The translations under genes and the position numbers were made by a program. Under the pieces are notes generated by a model, which saw nothing but the letters and a program-made list of their open reading frames with translations, searched no databases and had not been told where the DNA came from. Below are positions 57,244 to 58,666 of a stretch of DNA of 58,666 bases, piece after piece; the stretch's first letter is position 1, and every line of letters begins with the position of its first letter. The stretch lies in IMG/VR virus record IMGVR_UViG_3300010413_000002, positions 64,001 through 122,666 of that record. One strand, written 5' to 3'. The stretch comes from a virus (Duplodnaviria; Heunggongvirae; Uroviricota; Caudoviricetes).

Positions 57244-58158
57244 TTAATTGAACCATTTAATAATAGTATCACCTTTATATCCTTTTTCCCAAATATACCA
57301 ACAATAAGCTACCGCACTACTTGGATATTTTTCGAAATCTCCATTTTTGGCACAAGTCAATCTTGAACTTGATACCCAAATTCTTATTGGAGGATTTTCT
57401 TTAAACAATTCTTTTCTTTTTTTTCCTTCTAGAAAAGTTAATTTTAAAAACATAGCTACTTTTTTACCTTTTGGAATTATTTCTAAAGATTTCTCTACAA
57501 AAGATTGAGCTAGAGAATAGGGTGGATTAGTTATTATTGAACCATCCCATTTTTTATTAACTTTCAAAAAATCAATTCCTCCAGTACCATATCCTCTATC
57601 TATTAAATCCATGCTTACAACTTCATAACCAAATTTTTCAAGAACTTTGCTTATGTCACCCCGCCCACAACATGGCTCTAATATTTTATTATCAAAGCTT
57701 TCTAACTCTAATAAAAGTTCAGTAGCTTTATTTTCTGTTGCATAAAAATCATTTTTTTCTCTTTCTCCTTCTGAATGATTACTCGCTCCCAAACAAGTAT
57801 AGATACTATTTTTATTTCTAGTCCAATTTTTTTTAATTTGTTTTGATTCTTCTATAATATCATCTTTTTTATCAATAGAAAATTGATTTATGAATTTTAA
57901 CATTTTTAAAGCATCTTTCTCTGAATTGTATTTACAATGCACTTCAAAATCATCACAACCTTCAGATTCTCCCCATACAAACATAGTATATTTTGTTAAT
58001 GCAGGACTAAAAGCACTACAAATATAATTAGTTTTATTATCGCTATAATGCTTAATATTATCACCCCTTCTTTCTTCATTTTCAAAAATGGTTTTTAATA
58101 TTTTACCTTTTAAAGTAAGTTTATCTTCTTGTAGTTGTATGTTGTGTTGTATTTTCAT
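57244..58158 (-). CDS. Adenine DNA methyltransferase fused to N-terminal unknown domain
   Basis: DFYAT, ILEPCCGRG, IITNPPY, YCWYIW. Confidence 0.85.
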   Translation of the reverse strand: MKIQHNIQLQEDKLTLKGKILKTIFENEERRGDNIKHYSDNKTNYICSAFSPALTKYTMFVWGESEGCDDFEVHCKYNSEKDALKMLKFINQFSIDKKDDIIEESKQIKKNWTRNKNSIYTCLGASNHSEGEREKNDFYATENKATELLLELESFDNKILEPCCGRGDISKVLEKFGYEVVSMDLIDRGYGTGGIDFLKVNKKWDGSIITNPPYSLAQSFVEKSLEIIPKGKKVAMFLKLTFLEGKKRKELFKENPPIRIWVSSSRLTCAKNGDFEKYPSSAVAYCWYIWEKGYKGDTIIKWFN

Positions 58159-58278
58159 TAAATTAAATATCTATAATAAAATATGTTGTGATTCTTTATC
58201 TGTTTCTTTTTTTGAAAGATAAAGATAATGATTGTGATTAATTTTTATTTTCCTTTATTAATTAATAAATTAAAAATA

Positions 58279-58666
58279 TTAAATTTCTATTATCAAATTC
58301 GGATTAAATTCTTTATTTTCGTTTCTTCCTCTAATTGTTTCGTATCCTCTAGGATTCGATATGACTCTGCAATATCCTATTTTATAATCATTATTAGAAT
58401 GGATATGACCGTGTGTCCAAAGTATTATCGAAGGATTGTCTTTAATAAATTCTTCCATATCAGATACATAAGCACAATTTATTTCATTTCCTTTGTATTT
58501 TTTTGGAATTGATTTAGAACTGGGAGCATGATGTGTAATAACAACACATCTTTTATGTTTGTATTTATCTAATTGCCATTGTAGATTTTTTTTAGACATC
58601 AGATGTTGAATATAAGTATCTTCTGCTTTAAGAATTTTTTCTTTACATTGAATGTAGCTATAGTCA
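58279..58666 (-). CDS. Calcineurin-like metallophosphoesterase (5' end outside window)
   Basis: VVITHHAPS, WTHGHIH, SNPRGY; frame open to window edge. Confidence 0.85.
   Translation of the reverse strand, partial: DYSYIQCKEKILKAEDTYIQHLMSKKNLQWQLDKYKHKRCVVITHHAPSSKSIPKKYKGNEINCAYVSDMEEFIKDNPSIILWTHGHIHSNNDYKIGYCRVISNPRGYETIRGRNENKEFNPNLIIEI

Overview
Very AT-rich 58.7-kb segment of a tailed dsDNA phage genome with an HK97-type head and a Mu-like contractile tail. The host is Gram-negative (spanin pair) and probably alphaproteobacterial (GapR/DUF2312 homolog). No replication or integrase genes are visible, so the genome extends beyond the window. A + strand virion module spans 15.5-45.2 kb: terminase, portal, neck, sheath/tube, tape measure, baseplate and fibre, then prohead protease, major capsid and a chaperone-capped spike. 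It is flanked by accessory regions with 23 tRNA genes covering all 20 amino acids, RNA-repair-type enzymes (Thg1-like, Hen1-like, Pol-beta nucleotidyltransferase, metallophosphoesterase), four DNA methyltransferase genes (one intein-split), HU, GapR, ClpP and RusA. The most unusual signals: (1) an MT-A70 methyltransferase whose DPPW catalytic motif is interrupted by CCT-TAA-CCT, an exact stop-hopping geometry; (2) an I-Ssp6803I-like homing endonuclease ORF enclosed by the two halves of a tRNA that has no anticodon arm and no intron; (3) a compositionally foreign 63-bp LRR array varying mainly at binding-face codons; (4) a bipartite ACTTCC[CG]T-N17-nnTAAT candidate late promoter plus a separate 18-bp operator-like repeat; (5) a zinc-finger/Phd-YefM fusion with one in-frame amber codon. 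All calls come from reading the sequence and the ORF track; no database searches were run.
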